Part shown: positions 1-13,500 of the stretch, in pieces
Numbering within the stretch: position 1 is the stretch's first letter
Layout: each line of letters begins with the position of its first letter
From: Amoebophrya sp. A120
Lineage: Eukaryota > Protista > Dinoflagellata
Length of the DNA: 64,000 bases
Assembly: GCA_905178155.1 (NCBI GenBank)
Contig: CAJINV010000009.1
Location: 3,723,556-3,787,555 of the forward strand
Reading direction: 5' to 3'
Notes under the pieces: model-generated
The model's input: the letters and a program-made list of their open reading frames with translations, nothing else
Told to the model about the DNA's origin: nothing
The model's database searches: none
Program-made: the position numbers and the translations under genes

Positions 1-495
1 GAGAGGTCAAAAAGAGGTGAAAAGAGGTCAAAAAGAGGTCCACAGAGGTGGAGAGGTGGCGCGGGAGGTCATTCGGGAGGGTGGCCGAGAGGTGGCGCGA
101 GTATAGCCAGCCGAACCGGTCGCCCTAAAGCCGCGCCTATGGGGGACGGAGGTGGCCGAGAGGGTCGGGAGAGGGTAAGCGAGAGGGGGACAGAGGTGCC
201 GAGAGGTTGCGCGAATAAGGGCGAACCTCTCGCGCACCCTCTGGGCCCCCTCTCGGCCACCTCTGTAGACCTCTACCGGCGAGTATAGCCGGATTATTAG
301 CAACACCTCTCGGGAAGGGCCAAAAAGAGGGCTTGCGAGAGGGTAAAAAAGAACCGAACCCGCCCGGCACGAGGCCGATTTTGGTGGGGCTGTTTCATGG
401 CGCAGGCCCACACCTCTCGCGCTACCCTCCCGCGCACCCTCTCGCGCACCCTCTCGCGGGCCCTCTCGCGCGACCCTCTCGCGCTAACCGCTCGC
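1..495. repeat. GC-rich array of GAGAGG(T)/CCTCTC motifs, possibly the subterminal region of a mobile element
   Basis: GAGGT-core units with 8-12 nt period at 1-210, inverted CCTCTCGCG units at 226-490, GCGAGTATAGCC present twice (about 97 and 279). Confidence 0.6.
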
Positions 496-834
496 GCCAG
501 CAGTTTCCGCCGGGATGGGAAGCCAGTTGGGCGGGGGCGGGTGTGTGTGTGATCAACAAAGGGCAGCGCGGTCCGAGTTCTGCTTCGGCACCGATGCCGA
601 GGCGGCTTCTCTTCGCCCCCAAGCTTCGCTGCAGCTGCTCCCTGCGCATAGCGCCTGAAGGCGCGGGAAGCGCGCAGGAGGCCCTGCGGGTTGACATGGC
701 GCAAACCGGCGCCGATATTTCCTTCGATCTGTCACGCTGTCCGTAAAGCCCTGTCGCTGTGGCCCGATCCGCAAATAGTCCTGCCCCGCCCCAACAGCCT
801 TGCGCCCCGGCGTCAGCCGGGGCATGGCTGGTCT

Positions 835-1077
835 GTATTATGCATATAAATGCGACGCAAGAAGCGACTCTATTGCAGAGGATGCAAGACAGGCGGACTA
901 TACGTCCTGGAGCTGCTCTTTTCCCTGAAACGCATGACAGATTCGCTTCCAGGACTACAGAAAAGATCTGCCATGCGCCGACTATATGAAGCTGTGGGGC
1001 CGCGCTGTCTGGTACTTATCGACTTTGCGCATCACAAATTTCTCGATTTGGTCGATTTCGATTGTCGCACTCCCATA
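835..1077. mobile_element. Left-truncated family F1 introner
   Basis: Right end ...GATTTCGATTGTCGCACTCCCATA and an interior resembling 8082-8160; no left TIR is present. Confidence 0.7.
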
Positions 1078-4000
1078 CTAGCAGCACAGCTCCGCAGCGA
1101 GACGGAGAGCGGTTTGGAGAAAATTCGGGCGGAGCAGGACAGCCGGCTTGCCAAAGCGAAAAACGAGACCGAGGAAAAGCTCTCCCAGTTGCAAACAAAA
1201 CTTAAGGCGTTATCTACTGCAAATATGTCTGGGTCTGGACAAAGAGTGCCAGACTTGTCATGCAGGTTTTCCATGACCCATGAGGTCTGATATGTAGGAC
1301 ATAGCATGACAGATTCTGTGATAGTTCTATGATGCCTATTCTGCATGAGAAACTGCATCTCGATTAGGTTACAAGTGGACAGCTTTTGGCAATCATGCAA
1401 CACAGGTTTTTACATGATTCAGATTTAGCATGACAAGTTCCAACCTTCCAGACCCAGACATATTTGCAATGCATAGGCGTATGTGAAGGAGCAACTTTCA
1501 TCGTCAACATCTGGATCTGCCACGACTACACCTCATGCGGCATTGCAATCAGCAACTGGTTACTCTAAGTAAAAATGTCCCCACTCCAGAGTTGTCATGC
1601 AACTTCTGCATGCCAAAAATAAAAAGTTCCTCATGCGGAGGAACGATGAGAGCCACTTTCTAGTTGTGTTCATTTGGAACTTGTAATGCTAGAATCAGCA
1701 TGATACGCTAGATCTGTCGTGATGCTTCGGAAGTAGCTTCTAAGCAGAATTTTTACACTACAGGGACAAGCTTGTCATGCGAAACAACCAAAGCTGGCTG
1801 ATTTGTCTAGCAGATTTTACATCTTGACTCTGGTGTGGGAACATTTTTACTCAGGATGCTGGTGGAATTTCGACCGCCTCGTCTTCATCCTCGGCAGGCA
1901 GCTGCGCACAGCCAGTATAAAAGTGCACAACTCCCCTTCGTTCTCATCTCTCATGCAAAATACCAAACCCACGCTTTTCCTCATGTCACTCTTATGCATG
2001 ACAAGTTGTGGTCGCCCAAATTTTGCACTACACTCCAGTGCAAATTTGTCATGCAAAACCGGCACTCTAGTGATGCTTGCATTGCCATTTATGCTACGTA
2101 TACAAATGAGGGGGAGGCGGGGGAGTTGTGCACTGTCATAGCCAGCACTGGGCCAACATGATCTACTTCAACAAATCGACCACTCGGTATGAAAGTGTCA
2201 GAATCGAAATTGACAAAGTCGAAAAATTTGTGATGCATGAAATCGATACCAGTTGGAGCCTCAGTTTCCCACTGGCGCATGACAAATTTCGGGAGCACCC
2301 AAATCCAGTCTGTCATGCTGTTTGGACAAAGGAGGCTGCTCCTTTCATGCTACTCTGGCAGCACATTGCATACCCCTAAACAGGCTTGCAATCGGTCTCA
2401 TTTGCCTGCTCCCCAATACAGGCCTTCAGTGCCCTACATTTTATGCATCACAAGTTTTTCGATTTTGGCGATTTCGATCCTGACACATCCATACTCGGAA
2501 CGTCGACTTGAGAGCCAAATCACGACAGCTCTGCAGAAGCGAATCGAGCAGCAGCTGCTGCCGAGTCAGGAAGAAAAGATTTTGGAAAACGTGAAAACGG
2601 TGATACAAAAGTCCCAAGATCTTTTGCAGGAGGAGCTGAAAGACGAGTTCCGGGAAGAATTGAAGGAGTCGTGTGAACTTTTGGCGGAGGTATTCACTGC
2701 AAATATGTCTTGGTCTGGAAGGGTTGAGCTTTGAACTTGTAATGCTGTCCGCGGATTCTGAAAAATTGTATTGCATGAGCAGGAAGAAGAGTCCAGCTCT
2801 TGGCACTCGGAGAGGGCATTTCTCATGCGTGATAAGCGTCAAGGAACCTTCAAAAAATCTGTGATGCTAGGACCTGCTGCATCACAGACCTCATAGGCGG
2901 TCATGTAAAATGTGCATGACAAACCCCGACTCTTTTGCAGTTGATAGGAGGACCTGTCTGACCAGTTTCAGAAAATGGAGGACGAGTACGCCGATAAGAT
3001 GGAGCAATTTATCCTGTGCAAAAGTATCGCACTCCTGTTGCAATCATGCATTACAACTCTTTTTTTTTAGGTAAATTCGCATCACAATTTTTACTTCTCA
3101 TGCTGAGGAAATTTGTAATGCATTTGTACGAGTACTACGATACTGTTGCAGTCCATAGAATTAGCGTCTCGGCTAGAAGAAGCGCGAAAGGAGCTGGCCG
3201 CAGCAAATCAACATGGGTACTGAAATATGATGTTTTTTTGTTGAAGTCTAAGAGCAAGATGAAGCTGACGCTGTTCTTGAGGAATTCTGCACGTGCAGAA
3301 AAACGACCAGATGAAAGCTCCGTGAAATATTAAAGGAGCCACAACCAACATTTCGTTTACTTTTACGTCCCAGCTACAGCTCCTCATCGTCTTCTTTGTT
3401 GTTCTGGAGGCATAATTTTACATTGCGCATTTTGTGATACAAACATTTTGTTTTCCGCACGACCACGGTCTCATCTCTTCAGGTCCTCGTGCACAGCACC
3501 AGTAGACAAGGGCACTAATATCAGCAGGGGAGAGGTTGTACATGACGATGTTGCATCCCTATCTGAGATGAACAACTCCAAGACCTGGATCCAGGCCGAG
3601 GTGCAACAGTGTCTGAAGTATGCAATACAAATTTCCCGTACATGTACGACATGCATCACAAATTTCAGCTACTTAGAAGAAGCAACTACTTGTCATGCTG
3701 GCTAAGATTGCGAGCAAATCTTGTCATGCAGAGACAGTATTTGTACCTCTGTGTGCGGGAAATTTGCTGTGCATATGAAGCAGGTGTCGCTGCAAGACCT
3801 GGTATGGATTGTAAAAATGTCTGGGTCTGGAAAATTGCAACTTGTCATGCTGTCTTTGGATCCCAAAAAAATCTGTATTGCGTGACCAGCAACAGGGGTC
3901 CAGTTTGTGTTACGCGGAGAGGGCATTTGTCATGCGGAATAGGCATCAGGAAGCCCTCGAAAAATCTGTGATGCTAGATCATGCATTAAGTACATGAATC

Positions 4001-5228
4001 GTGGATCACACAAAATATGCATCACAAATCCCGGAATCTTCCAGACCCAGACATTTTTACATTTGATACCTGGACTTCGAGACCAAAATCGAGCAACACG
4101 TCCTATCCACCCTGGAACAGAACCTGGAGCAGAAACTCCTGACGAAGCTGGATGATATTTTAACGGAAAAGATGGAGCAAGGCTTTGACCAACTGGTGTC
4201 GAAGTTTGAACTAGACAAAATAGCCGCTGCTGCGGCTGCTGCATCCTCTTCGAAGAACACACAGAACAAGCTTGATGGTCTTGTCGAAAGCGGCGGCGCA
4301 GATGTAGACGCAGTAGAGCGAGTACAAGCTGCTGAAAAACTAAAACAGGAAGAGAGGCTCACCGAGTTGAGCAAGCAACTAGAGGAGAAAATGGAGGAGA
4401 AGATGCAGTACCTGCGTGAGTGGGTGGTGGAGAACGGAGTTGGAGGGAGTGCCAACGGTCGTGGGCCCACCACCAGCCAACAGCTCTCTTCCTCTACTTC
4501 GTCGCCCACGACTATGGAAGCGTCAGGTTTGAAATCGTCAAAGTTGAAATAGGTTGCCATGCATAAAGAGCAGCCCTCAAAGTGCCTGTCATGTAGAGTA
4601 GGCAAGTGAGGCAGATTGTAAGCCTGTTGAGGAGTAGAAACTGAGCTGCGTAACGTTGCATGACAAAAGGCGGCTTTCTTACCTAAACAGCATGACAAAC
4701 TGGATTCCGGCGGTACCTAAATTTGTCATGCGCCACTTGGAAACTGGGTCACAACTTTCATCCATTTTATGCATTACAAGTTATTTCAACTTCGTCGATT
4801 TCAATCCTGACACATCCATAACGACGGCCGCCACCTCGTCGCCAAGCAGAGACAAGGAGTACCTGAAAGACCTGTGGGAATCCATGGGACAGCTGGCGTC
4901 CCGGCTGACCGACATGCAGCTGGTGTTGGATACCTACCTCCCGAAAAACGCAAACAACTCCATCAAGCAACTAAGCTGCAACTCGCCGAGTGACGCGGTG
5001 CTGGAGTCTCCCGTGATAAGAACTGCGGCTGGTGGTGGCATGTCAAAGTCTACCGGAAAGAAGCCGAACTACCGAAACGGTTGCGCGGGTGGAGTTGCGG
5101 GCGGGGAAAGCGGGCAACCGCTGCTAGAAAACAGGGACGGAATATCGAGGGACCGAGGCGTGAAAAAGTTGATGACTGCAACGTCGCGGCTTTACCACCC
5201 CGGGACGATGCGGGGAAACGTTTCCTAG
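1078..5228 (+). CDS. Hypothetical coiled-coil-rich protein, 5'-partial, multi-exon
   Basis: Continuous frame (LAAQLRSETESGLEK...MRGNVS*) after removing introners 1211-1475, 1561-1858, 1916-2140, 2188-2493, 2691-2946, 3010-3157, 3619-3775, 3803-4068, 4513-4820 (each plus one 5-bp repeat) and GT-AG intron 3217-3482. Confidence 0.8.
1561..1858. mobile_element. Introner family F3 (about 279-307 bp); other copies start at 17043, 24984, 25674, 31975, 41097, 45327
   Basis: TIR consensus TATCCTGAGTAAAAACGTnCCCACnCCAGAGT; direct repeat CTGGT on both sides. Confidence 0.9.
1916..2140. mobile_element. Introner family F4 (about 216-229 bp); other copies start at 21021, 26007, 28334, 39511
   Basis: TIR consensus TATGAnAGTGCACAACTCCCCCTCCCCCTC; direct repeat GCCAG. 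Confidence 0.9.
3619..3775. mobile_element. Introner family F9 (about 151-158 bp); other copies start at 18960, 25440, 44112, 57521, 60842
   Basis: Ends TATGCAATACAAATTTCCCGTAC ... GGGAAATTTGCTGTGCATA; direct repeat TGAAG. Confidence 0.9.
4513..4820. mobile_element. Introner family F1 (about 305-316 bp); other copies start at 2188, 8040, 34671, 37255, 38578, 40207, 62332, 63373
   Basis: Roughly 38-bp TIR TATGGAAGCGTCAGGTTTGAAATCGTCAAAGTTGAAAT; direct repeat ACGAC. Confidence 0.92.
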
Positions 5229-7541
5229 CTGCTGATTCTGTGCTGGTAGATTATGATGATGTCGGCGTTTTTTTAAGATACTTTGGATGTCGATGTTTTT
5301 GTTTCTGCTTCGTGGCGGGAATTCGTCGACGAAAACTGGACGTAGATCCTCCGTGATGTTGGTCGAAACTACGTACTCGTCATTTCTCAAGCGTCGACTT
5401 GAAAAACAACGCTTCTCGATGTTGAACGTCACGTGGTATGTGATAGCTGCTGGGAAGGGAAGAAATTTTTGATTGTAGTGACCTCTTTCAATCATACATC
5501 TAATGACTTTATTTTTCAGCTCCACTTCTGCAACTGCAAAGCGACGCTCGTTTCTTTCTTTATTCTGCCCACAGCGTCGGCGCGTTTGTTTCTTCATTAA
5601 ACCTAGTGATCGGCGAACAAGCTGAAGTTCAAAAGATTATAGCGATAATATGTCTTCTAGTTCTATGTGCTTTACTATTCTATAATCCGATAGCTTTTTC
5701 TCGAGAACACAGCAAGCAGCGAGCAAGAGTGATATGATTATATACGTAGTTTTTATACAACCTTTATTGAAGTTTCTAACCACGACGACTGGTGGCCGCG
5801 ATGGCAAAGCCACGCGATGTTGCCACTAGCTACGTAGCATTGATGGTTTTTTTACACAAGAACAGATCAGGCACAGTGCCAATTTATCCACATAGATAGC
5901 ACCTACAAAATCAATTTCAATTTTGCTTTTGCAGTTTTAGAGATTTTGCCGTGATCTCGAGGATCACAAGATTACTCCTTCGACCATGTTGTACTATTGT
6001 ATTCAGCATCAGCTTTGCTGATTTTAGTAGACGCTGACTTCTATTTGATGTGTACTACCCGAGGATTTGCTGGCTTGCCCTTCTCAAAGAGTGAGCGACC
6101 AGCAATAACAGGCAATGTTTTTATTATCCACGAAAATAGTCTTGCACTTCCACTTGCTAGAGCTAGTACTAATGTCGGGGTCTGTATTTGCAGTAGCCCC
6201 CTCTTGTTTTTTACAGAGATGTTGTGAAAAGATGGGACGAAGACGAACAAGAATTCATCTTCGTGAAAGCTTGATGATTGCAAATTCGAGGACGGCAAGC
6301 ACGCAGCTTTTACCTTACTATGATACGTTTCCTACTTGGGTTGTTTCAAGTTCTTCAAGATTCAACTTCTCTCTAGAGTCACACGACATGATCCCGCTGT
6401 GGCCGACCAGGAATCGCGCAACAAGAGCCTAATCTCGTACGGGTATGGTTTCTTGTTTTGAGATGTAAGTAGCAGGGGCGCGTCAGGATCTATTTCTATG
6501 TACTATCCAGCATCTTCGTGGTCGCCCTTGACCTTGTCCTTTTCGTCTAGGAGAATTTTATTAGTGCCCCCATGCGAATGTTGTCGTCATCGTGCTCGCC
6601 GTGCTCGTGCAAAATTTTTCGTTGTTTCGTCCCTCTGTCTCGTGCAGCGCGTTTTAGTCGTTTCATTTGGAAGCAAGAATATAGATAGTAGGTAACAAAA
6701 ACAGAAACAGCGCAACGAAGTTCGTTTAATTTGAGCAAGCCAATGGTCGTGATGTGCTTTCAGGTCTCTGTCTACAGTTCGATCCTCCGATAAATCAAAT
6801 TACGAACACAGACGCCAGTGGTGCTGCACGATCCCGCATGATTTTCAGGTTCCCCCTGCGCTCCAGATTGCTCAACAACTCAATCACAAGACAACTTCAT
6901 TTGATTTTAATGCCTAAGTATTTCATGTTGCTACTATACTTCGCAACTACTTATTAGTTTTCCTCTTTTTTGCCAGTGAGTGGGTGAGAAGTGAGTCACT
7001 TACACTTTATATGTTCAGATCCATGTCCGGCAGTTCTAGATTGTAAAAAAAAGTTTTTGCTAGTATCTCTGCATCTCGGTCATCATGATGGCGGGCAATA
7101 AAGAAGTTGTACTTGTAGCTGTAGGGCCGCAGCCATGCCGTAGCGTTGGACGAAAACCAAATGCAAAAGTACACCACATTTTGGCCGCCAAGACAAGGTC
7201 AAGGAAGGAAGTAAGTCAGTAATGTAAGTTGTAGTCCAATACAACTAGAAACGGAAACCTCAAGTAGAACATTATTTATCGCACTCCGATTTTACTACCA
7301 CCTTTGAGAATTATTTTTTGACGAGATTACTTCCACGCACGCACCACGCTGCTAGGAGATTTCCATTTCTCCCACGAGATGAACCTCCATCAATTTCAAT
7401 GGAAAAAAAAACGCACCTTTGGTCGTCCAGCACCACATACGGTACTAGCAGCACTTCTCCGTCACCAGTAGAGGCACGACCCTCCACCGGGCAGCTTGGA
7501 CTAGATCCTCCAGCAGCAGCACTACAACGAACCGCAGCACC

Positions 7542-10500
7542 ATGGTGGTGATCCCGGATTTGCTCGGGCCGACCGCGGCTTTTCTGGCGGCCCAGGTGGG
7601 GTGGGAGGGGTTGAAGGATGTGTTTCAGTACAATCGCTCGCTGTACCAGTTCGACGCCAGTATGGCCCAGGCCACGCAAAACCAGCGGTTTTTTGCGCGC
7701 AAGGAGTGGATCTGGCTGTACCGGGAAGACATCGCGAATCTCGTGGGGCTATCAAATGTAAAAATGTCTGGGTCTGGAAGAATGCAACTCGTGATGCTGC
7801 GTTTCGATGTCCAAAAAATTTGTGTTGCATGAGCAGCAAAAGGAATCTAATTTTTGCTACGCGGAGAGGGCATTTGTCATGCGGAATGGGCATCAAGAAT
7901 CCCTCAAAAAACCTGTTGTGCTAGGGCATGCATTACAGGCGTCATGGGTCATGAGAAATATGCATGACAAATGTTGCATTCTTCCAGACCCAGACATTTT
8001 TGCATTTGATAGGGGCTGACCACCCAGAAGATGTCGCTCTATGGAAGCGTCAGGATCGAAATCGTCAAAGTTGAAATAGTTTGTGACGCATAAAATGCAA
8101 CGCAGAAATTGCCTCTATTGCAGAGGACGCAAGAAGGGAGGCAGATTGTAAGCCTGTAGCTGCGGGGTAGAAAGTAGAGAGCTGCTATAGTAGCATGACA
8201 AAAGGCGTCTTTCTTACCCAAGCCGCATTACAAGCTGGATTTCGGCTCTACCCAAATTTGTCATGCGCCACTTGAAAACTAGGCGCCAACTGGTATCCGT
8301 TTTATGCATGACAAACTATTTCAACTTTGGCGATTTCGATCCTGGCACTCCCATACGCTCTACACCCTGTTCATTACCATCCAGCTGGCGTTCGTTGGCG
8401 GCATGTTTGTGGATTCCTCCATTATCAAGGGAAAAAACTGTTTCACTGTGATGGCTTTGCAAGATCTGCATCACAAGTTTGTTACACATGACACAGAAAA
8501 TTTGCCATGCGCGCTTCCAAAGGGAAAACACGCCTAAAAATCCAATGTCTTGCAGGTGTAGCAAGACAAATCGTTCTGTGCTCCATTCTATGCATCACAA
8601 GTTCACAGTGAAGCAGTTTTTTCTTGCGATATCCATGTTAAAAGCGGTAGTGGTGATCTGGCAGGGGCCGAACAAACCGATTCTGGATTTGCAGCTTCGG
8701 TATGCCTTGGAAATATGCTGTCTGGGAGGTGGTGGTCCTCAGAATGATGAAATTTGTGTTGCTGTTGATACTCGCATCATGATGATCTGCTCAGAGTACT
8801 AGCCGCTTGACGCTTGTACTGCATAACAAACCTCCTGCAGAAGAACTTTATTTGCGAAGTTTGTTCGTGATGTTGTTTGATTTTTTTATGCAGATGTTGT
8901 CGAGTCAATGTCAATGTCACGCTCAAGATGACCTCCATTCGCACGTGGCAATGGCCTTTTGGCTTCCAGTACGACAAAAAGCACCAGGCCGAGACTCGTA
9001 TTCTTGCGTCGCAGATGATCTTGAAATGATCTTGCGTCAGAAATGATCTTCTTGCAGACAACCGCCGCCCAGCTGACAGCAGATTTGCAATGCATAATCG
9101 AACAGACACGACGATTCCGCTTTTTCCGACCTCGCTGATTTTTCCCTTCGCGTTGTCCCTCACATCGGCGATTCTATTTTCCCTTCTCGCCCTCTATTTC
9201 GCGATCTTCGCAACAGTGGTCGCGAACACGTGTGGCACGACGTTGTCCCTCCAAAGTCGCATTCTCCGGGACATCCCCACCGGAAGCGAAATTGACGCGG
9301 CGCGACGGAATTTACAAGATTTCGAGCAGCGGGCGCTGGCCGCGCCACAGACCAGCGGAGACCAGGAAGGCGGGAAGCAGGCGCCCGCGACTTTGTTCCG
9401 ACTGCCGTTCAGCGATCGGTTTCTGCGCGGGTTTCCGCAAGTGCAGAGCCTCTTTGGCCGGCATATGGCGTTCTCAAACGTTACATTCTCAACTGTTGCA
9501 TGCATTTGTCATGCAAAAATACCATAAACAACCACACGGCCGAGCGGCTTGGCATGACAAAGCTTCGAAGGGCTAAACAGCATCTGAAACTGTGTCAAAT
9601 CTGTAATGCAAAAGTTGGAAGATCCTGCCTTTCACTTTCGCTGTTCTTGCATTACAAATTCATGTAACAGTTGAGAATGTAACAGTTGAGAGTCCCATAC
9701 GGCAGAAGCGGGCGTTCTACCTGCAGGCGGACCCTTTGGAGCACTACTACCTAAACGAGTACCTGGAAGAGCAGGCGCGTAAGCAAGTGCTGGAAGACCG
9801 AGCGGCCGGTCGTGGAGAGGTCGATGACGGAACCGGCAGGATATTCGATTCAGCGAACAACAGGATTGATGCGAAAAATGCACCTACTACAACTGTAAAA
9901 GACAGAGCACCAGCACGCGGAGAAGGGGAGATGAGAACCACGTCAGATGTTGATGTTGAGGGAACAACTACACTGGAACAACAACACGACAACGAAAAAG
10001 AAGCAAGACCACCAGCAGGACCATCTTCGCATGTCGCCGCCGCCCTTCCCCGCCGGCGCCCCGAGGGCGAAGTTGTGCGACTCGCGGGCCGGGATCGGTA
10101 CCACCTAAATGACCCCTCGCATGTATGACTTGCTCAAGCGTTACAATCTCAAACGTTACGAATAAAATCTGGAATTTGTGTTGCATGATGAGCATGACAG
10201 ACTCGCATAGCGTTCCACCTTTTGCAATACGAATTTCGCCTGATTGTAGTGGTGTTTCGGGCTCCGGAACTTGTCATGCGCAAGCCTATGAGAGTTGGTC
10301 AGATCATGTACTCTTGCATCACAGATTGCCATATTCTATTGCAACGTTTGAGATTGTAACACCTGAGCTGGTTATAGCATGCCATGACGGGCGCCGAAAT
10401 CCTGCGGAGGACGAGGGTCGACGAGGAGGAGAACCTCGCGCAGGGCAGGACGCAGGTGTACCTGAGACCCATTGACTTTGACTTGGCACAGCAGCGGGAC

Positions 10501-13500
10501 GATGAGGCAGTTGATGCCGGTAGTTTTTTCCCAGGAAGAACACTGCCCGGACGAGGGCGAGTAGGTGGTGAAAAACAGCACGAGATGAGGACCCCAGAGG
10601 AGAATTATGCGGAGGAAAATCGAGAAGATCAGGATCATGGAAAAGATAAACAACCCAACATCATCAATGGAGGACCATCAGGGGCAGGTGGCAACACCGC
10701 GGCCGGCGGGTCGTCCGCGGCAACTCCAACTGATGAGTTCCTGATCCGCGTTTCGCATCTGGATCAGTACCGCGGGCTGCAAAGGCACTGGCAAGTGTAC
10801 GACAGTTACTGCCGAATTACTATCCTGTGCAAAAGTATGGTACTCGTACTAATTGCGTTTATCATGCATTACAAATCTCTTTTGCAAGGTAAATCAGCAT
10901 TACAAATTTCATTTGTAATGCTGGGCTAATTTGTGATGCAATTTGTACTACTAGTACGATGCTTTTGCATTGCATAATTACCATGCTCCTGTCGACCGTC
11001 GCGACCCTGTATCAAAAGGAAAAATCCTCCCTCCCCATATCGAAACGAAGTTTCTGATGCAGTATTTTCATATACAAATCAGATTTGTCTTGCAGTAGAG
11101 GACTGCAGGCATATGTCAAGCCTCAGTCGAGAGGTTTTGACGTAGGCGCCTAGCATGGCAAACGCGTATGCTCTTAGCCCAACAGCATCACAAACCGCCT
11201 GCAAAATACGGAACGCTTTCTGGACTTGCCGTCTTGCAAGACAGACAGGATTTGAGGTTACAAATGCGCATCACAAATTTTCAGACGGATACGCTTTCGA
11301 TATTGGGAGGGGGAATTTTTCCTTACGATGCCCTGCAGTCTCTGACCCTGTGGGTGCTCGGGTTCGCGATCCAGAAGTCTCCGTGGCTGTGCCTCGCCGT
11401 GAGTTTCGTCTTCATGCTATCAAAAGGAAAAATCCCCCCTCCCCCTACCAAAACGAAATTTCTGATACTGGATTTGCGTACACGAATCGCACTTGTCTTG
11501 CAGTAGAGGACGGCAGACATATGCTAAGCCTGAGCCGAGAGGTTTTGCCATAGGTTGCACCCAGCATGACAAAAGTCAACGCTGTAGGACCAGCAGCATC
11601 ACAAACCGCAGGCATAGTGCGGCGGTTGTCTGTGGATTAGCCATCTTGCAAGACAGAGATGATTTGTGGTCACAAATCAGCATGGCAAATTTTCTGAGGC
11701 GTCCCTTATTTTCGATGTGGGGAGGGGGGATTTTTCCCTACAATACATGCTCGCGGCCGGGGTCATTACGAAGTTGGATTTGTCGGCCCCGCGGGGATAT
11801 CAAATGTAAAAATGTCTGGGTCTGGAACAAAGCAACTTGTCATGCTAATTCTGAATGCATGTAAAAATCTGTGTTGCATGATTACCAAAAGCTGTCCACT
11901 TTTGACCTCATCCCGAGGCAGTTTCTCATGCAGGATAGGCATGATAGAACTCTCACAGAATCTGTCATGCTATGTCCTTCATGCCAGACCTCATGGGTCA
12001 TGGAAAACGTGCATGACAAGGCCCGCACTCTTCCAGACCCAGACACTTTTACATTTGATAGGGGGTGGCACCTGCTGCTGGACCTGGCCGTCTGGGGCCA
12101 GATTTTGGCCACGGGGCTCGGATCTTTCTTCGAATCCCGGGTCTTTATGGACAGCAACGGGCTGGCCAGAACGATGCCCGAGACGCAGGGGCTCCTTCGG
12201 GACGCGGATAGCGTGTTTCTTTCCGAAGACGCATACGCGCAGCAATCGCAGGAGATCTTCCTGTATCAAATGTAAGAAAAAAGCTCGTCCTCGCAGTGGT
12301 CACTTGTTCGCGTCATGTTGCGCCGCACATTTGCAATACATCAAAGCTGTCTACTGTCATGCAAGAAATGCACCACGAGATCGAGAAGCAAAGTTGATGT
12401 ACATGTAGTTCATGTGCAATTTTTTACTTTCGTTGTAAGTAGTACTACTTGTACTTATCTATGAAAGTGACGAGTAGAATTAGAAAAAGCTGTGATGACA
12501 TAGAAATTTGCTCATGCAAGCCTGACCTGCAAAATAGTGTGTAACTGTGCCGAGCTTTAATACTTTTCTGTTCATATCCTGGAGCTGTTCTGGGCTTTGA
12601 GCTGGGAGAGACGCAACTGGATCTTGTTTGGGAAAGTAACCGCGCAGGGCTTTTTCTTCCTCGTTTTCTTTCTCCTCACCCAGCCTCCCGTGAACCCCTT
12701 GGCAAAGAAGCACTTAGAACGCGATGAACAGGGCCGGCCGCTACGCATGGTGCGCAGTGAGCTGCTGCTGCCCACCCGGGTCCGGTCGGTGGCGTTTCTG
12801 GACGTGCTGGCGTGGAAGCCCGCGAGACAAATTTTGAAGCACGCCGAGTTGCACGAGGAGATTCCAAAGGGGGTGGGAAAGAACAAAAACTTCTACCAGG
12901 AAAACATAAACAAGGCGCAGCTAATGAAAAATCAAGACCCGGCTTCTGATGAAGACGCGGCCGACACGTCGTCCACTAGTGCGGGCGATGAAAGTGTAGC
13001 AGGAACAAGGGGTCGCTGTCGGAACAACAGGAAGAACTCCACCACGCGGCCCTCAGCAAACACAAGCAGTAGCAGCTGCGACGAGGATCATTTATTCGAC
13101 ATTCAAGACGTCGACCCCCAACCGGACCGCTTGCTTCAGGATCCACTGCCACTAGCACAAGAACATCAACAGCGCAAGATGTTGAACAGGAACTATCCCC
13201 AAGGACTACAACAAGATGAGCTAGAACGGAGGCAGCAAGTACAAGTAGGGGCAACAGGCCACGCCACAGGGAAGACCGACGGCGCGGACGACGCAGCGAC
13301 AGTGAGCGCCGCTGTTCATATTTCGGAGGAGGAGATGTACATGATAGGCTTGATCCATTCCGTCTTGCAGCGGGCGGAGGAAGAGGCGGGGTACTTACTG
13401 CGGCTTTACTACCACGAGGACGAGGGCTATCACAGTAGTTCCACTGCTGGTAATGTTGAGAGGAAGAACCTACAGGAAAACAACAAGGACGACATCGTCC

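Noticed and set aside
7762-7832. Recurrent peptides in the ORF track (KMSGSGR, FQTQT, CHA, HDK)
   Set aside because: These are translations of introner TIRs and the internal motif, not a protein domain.
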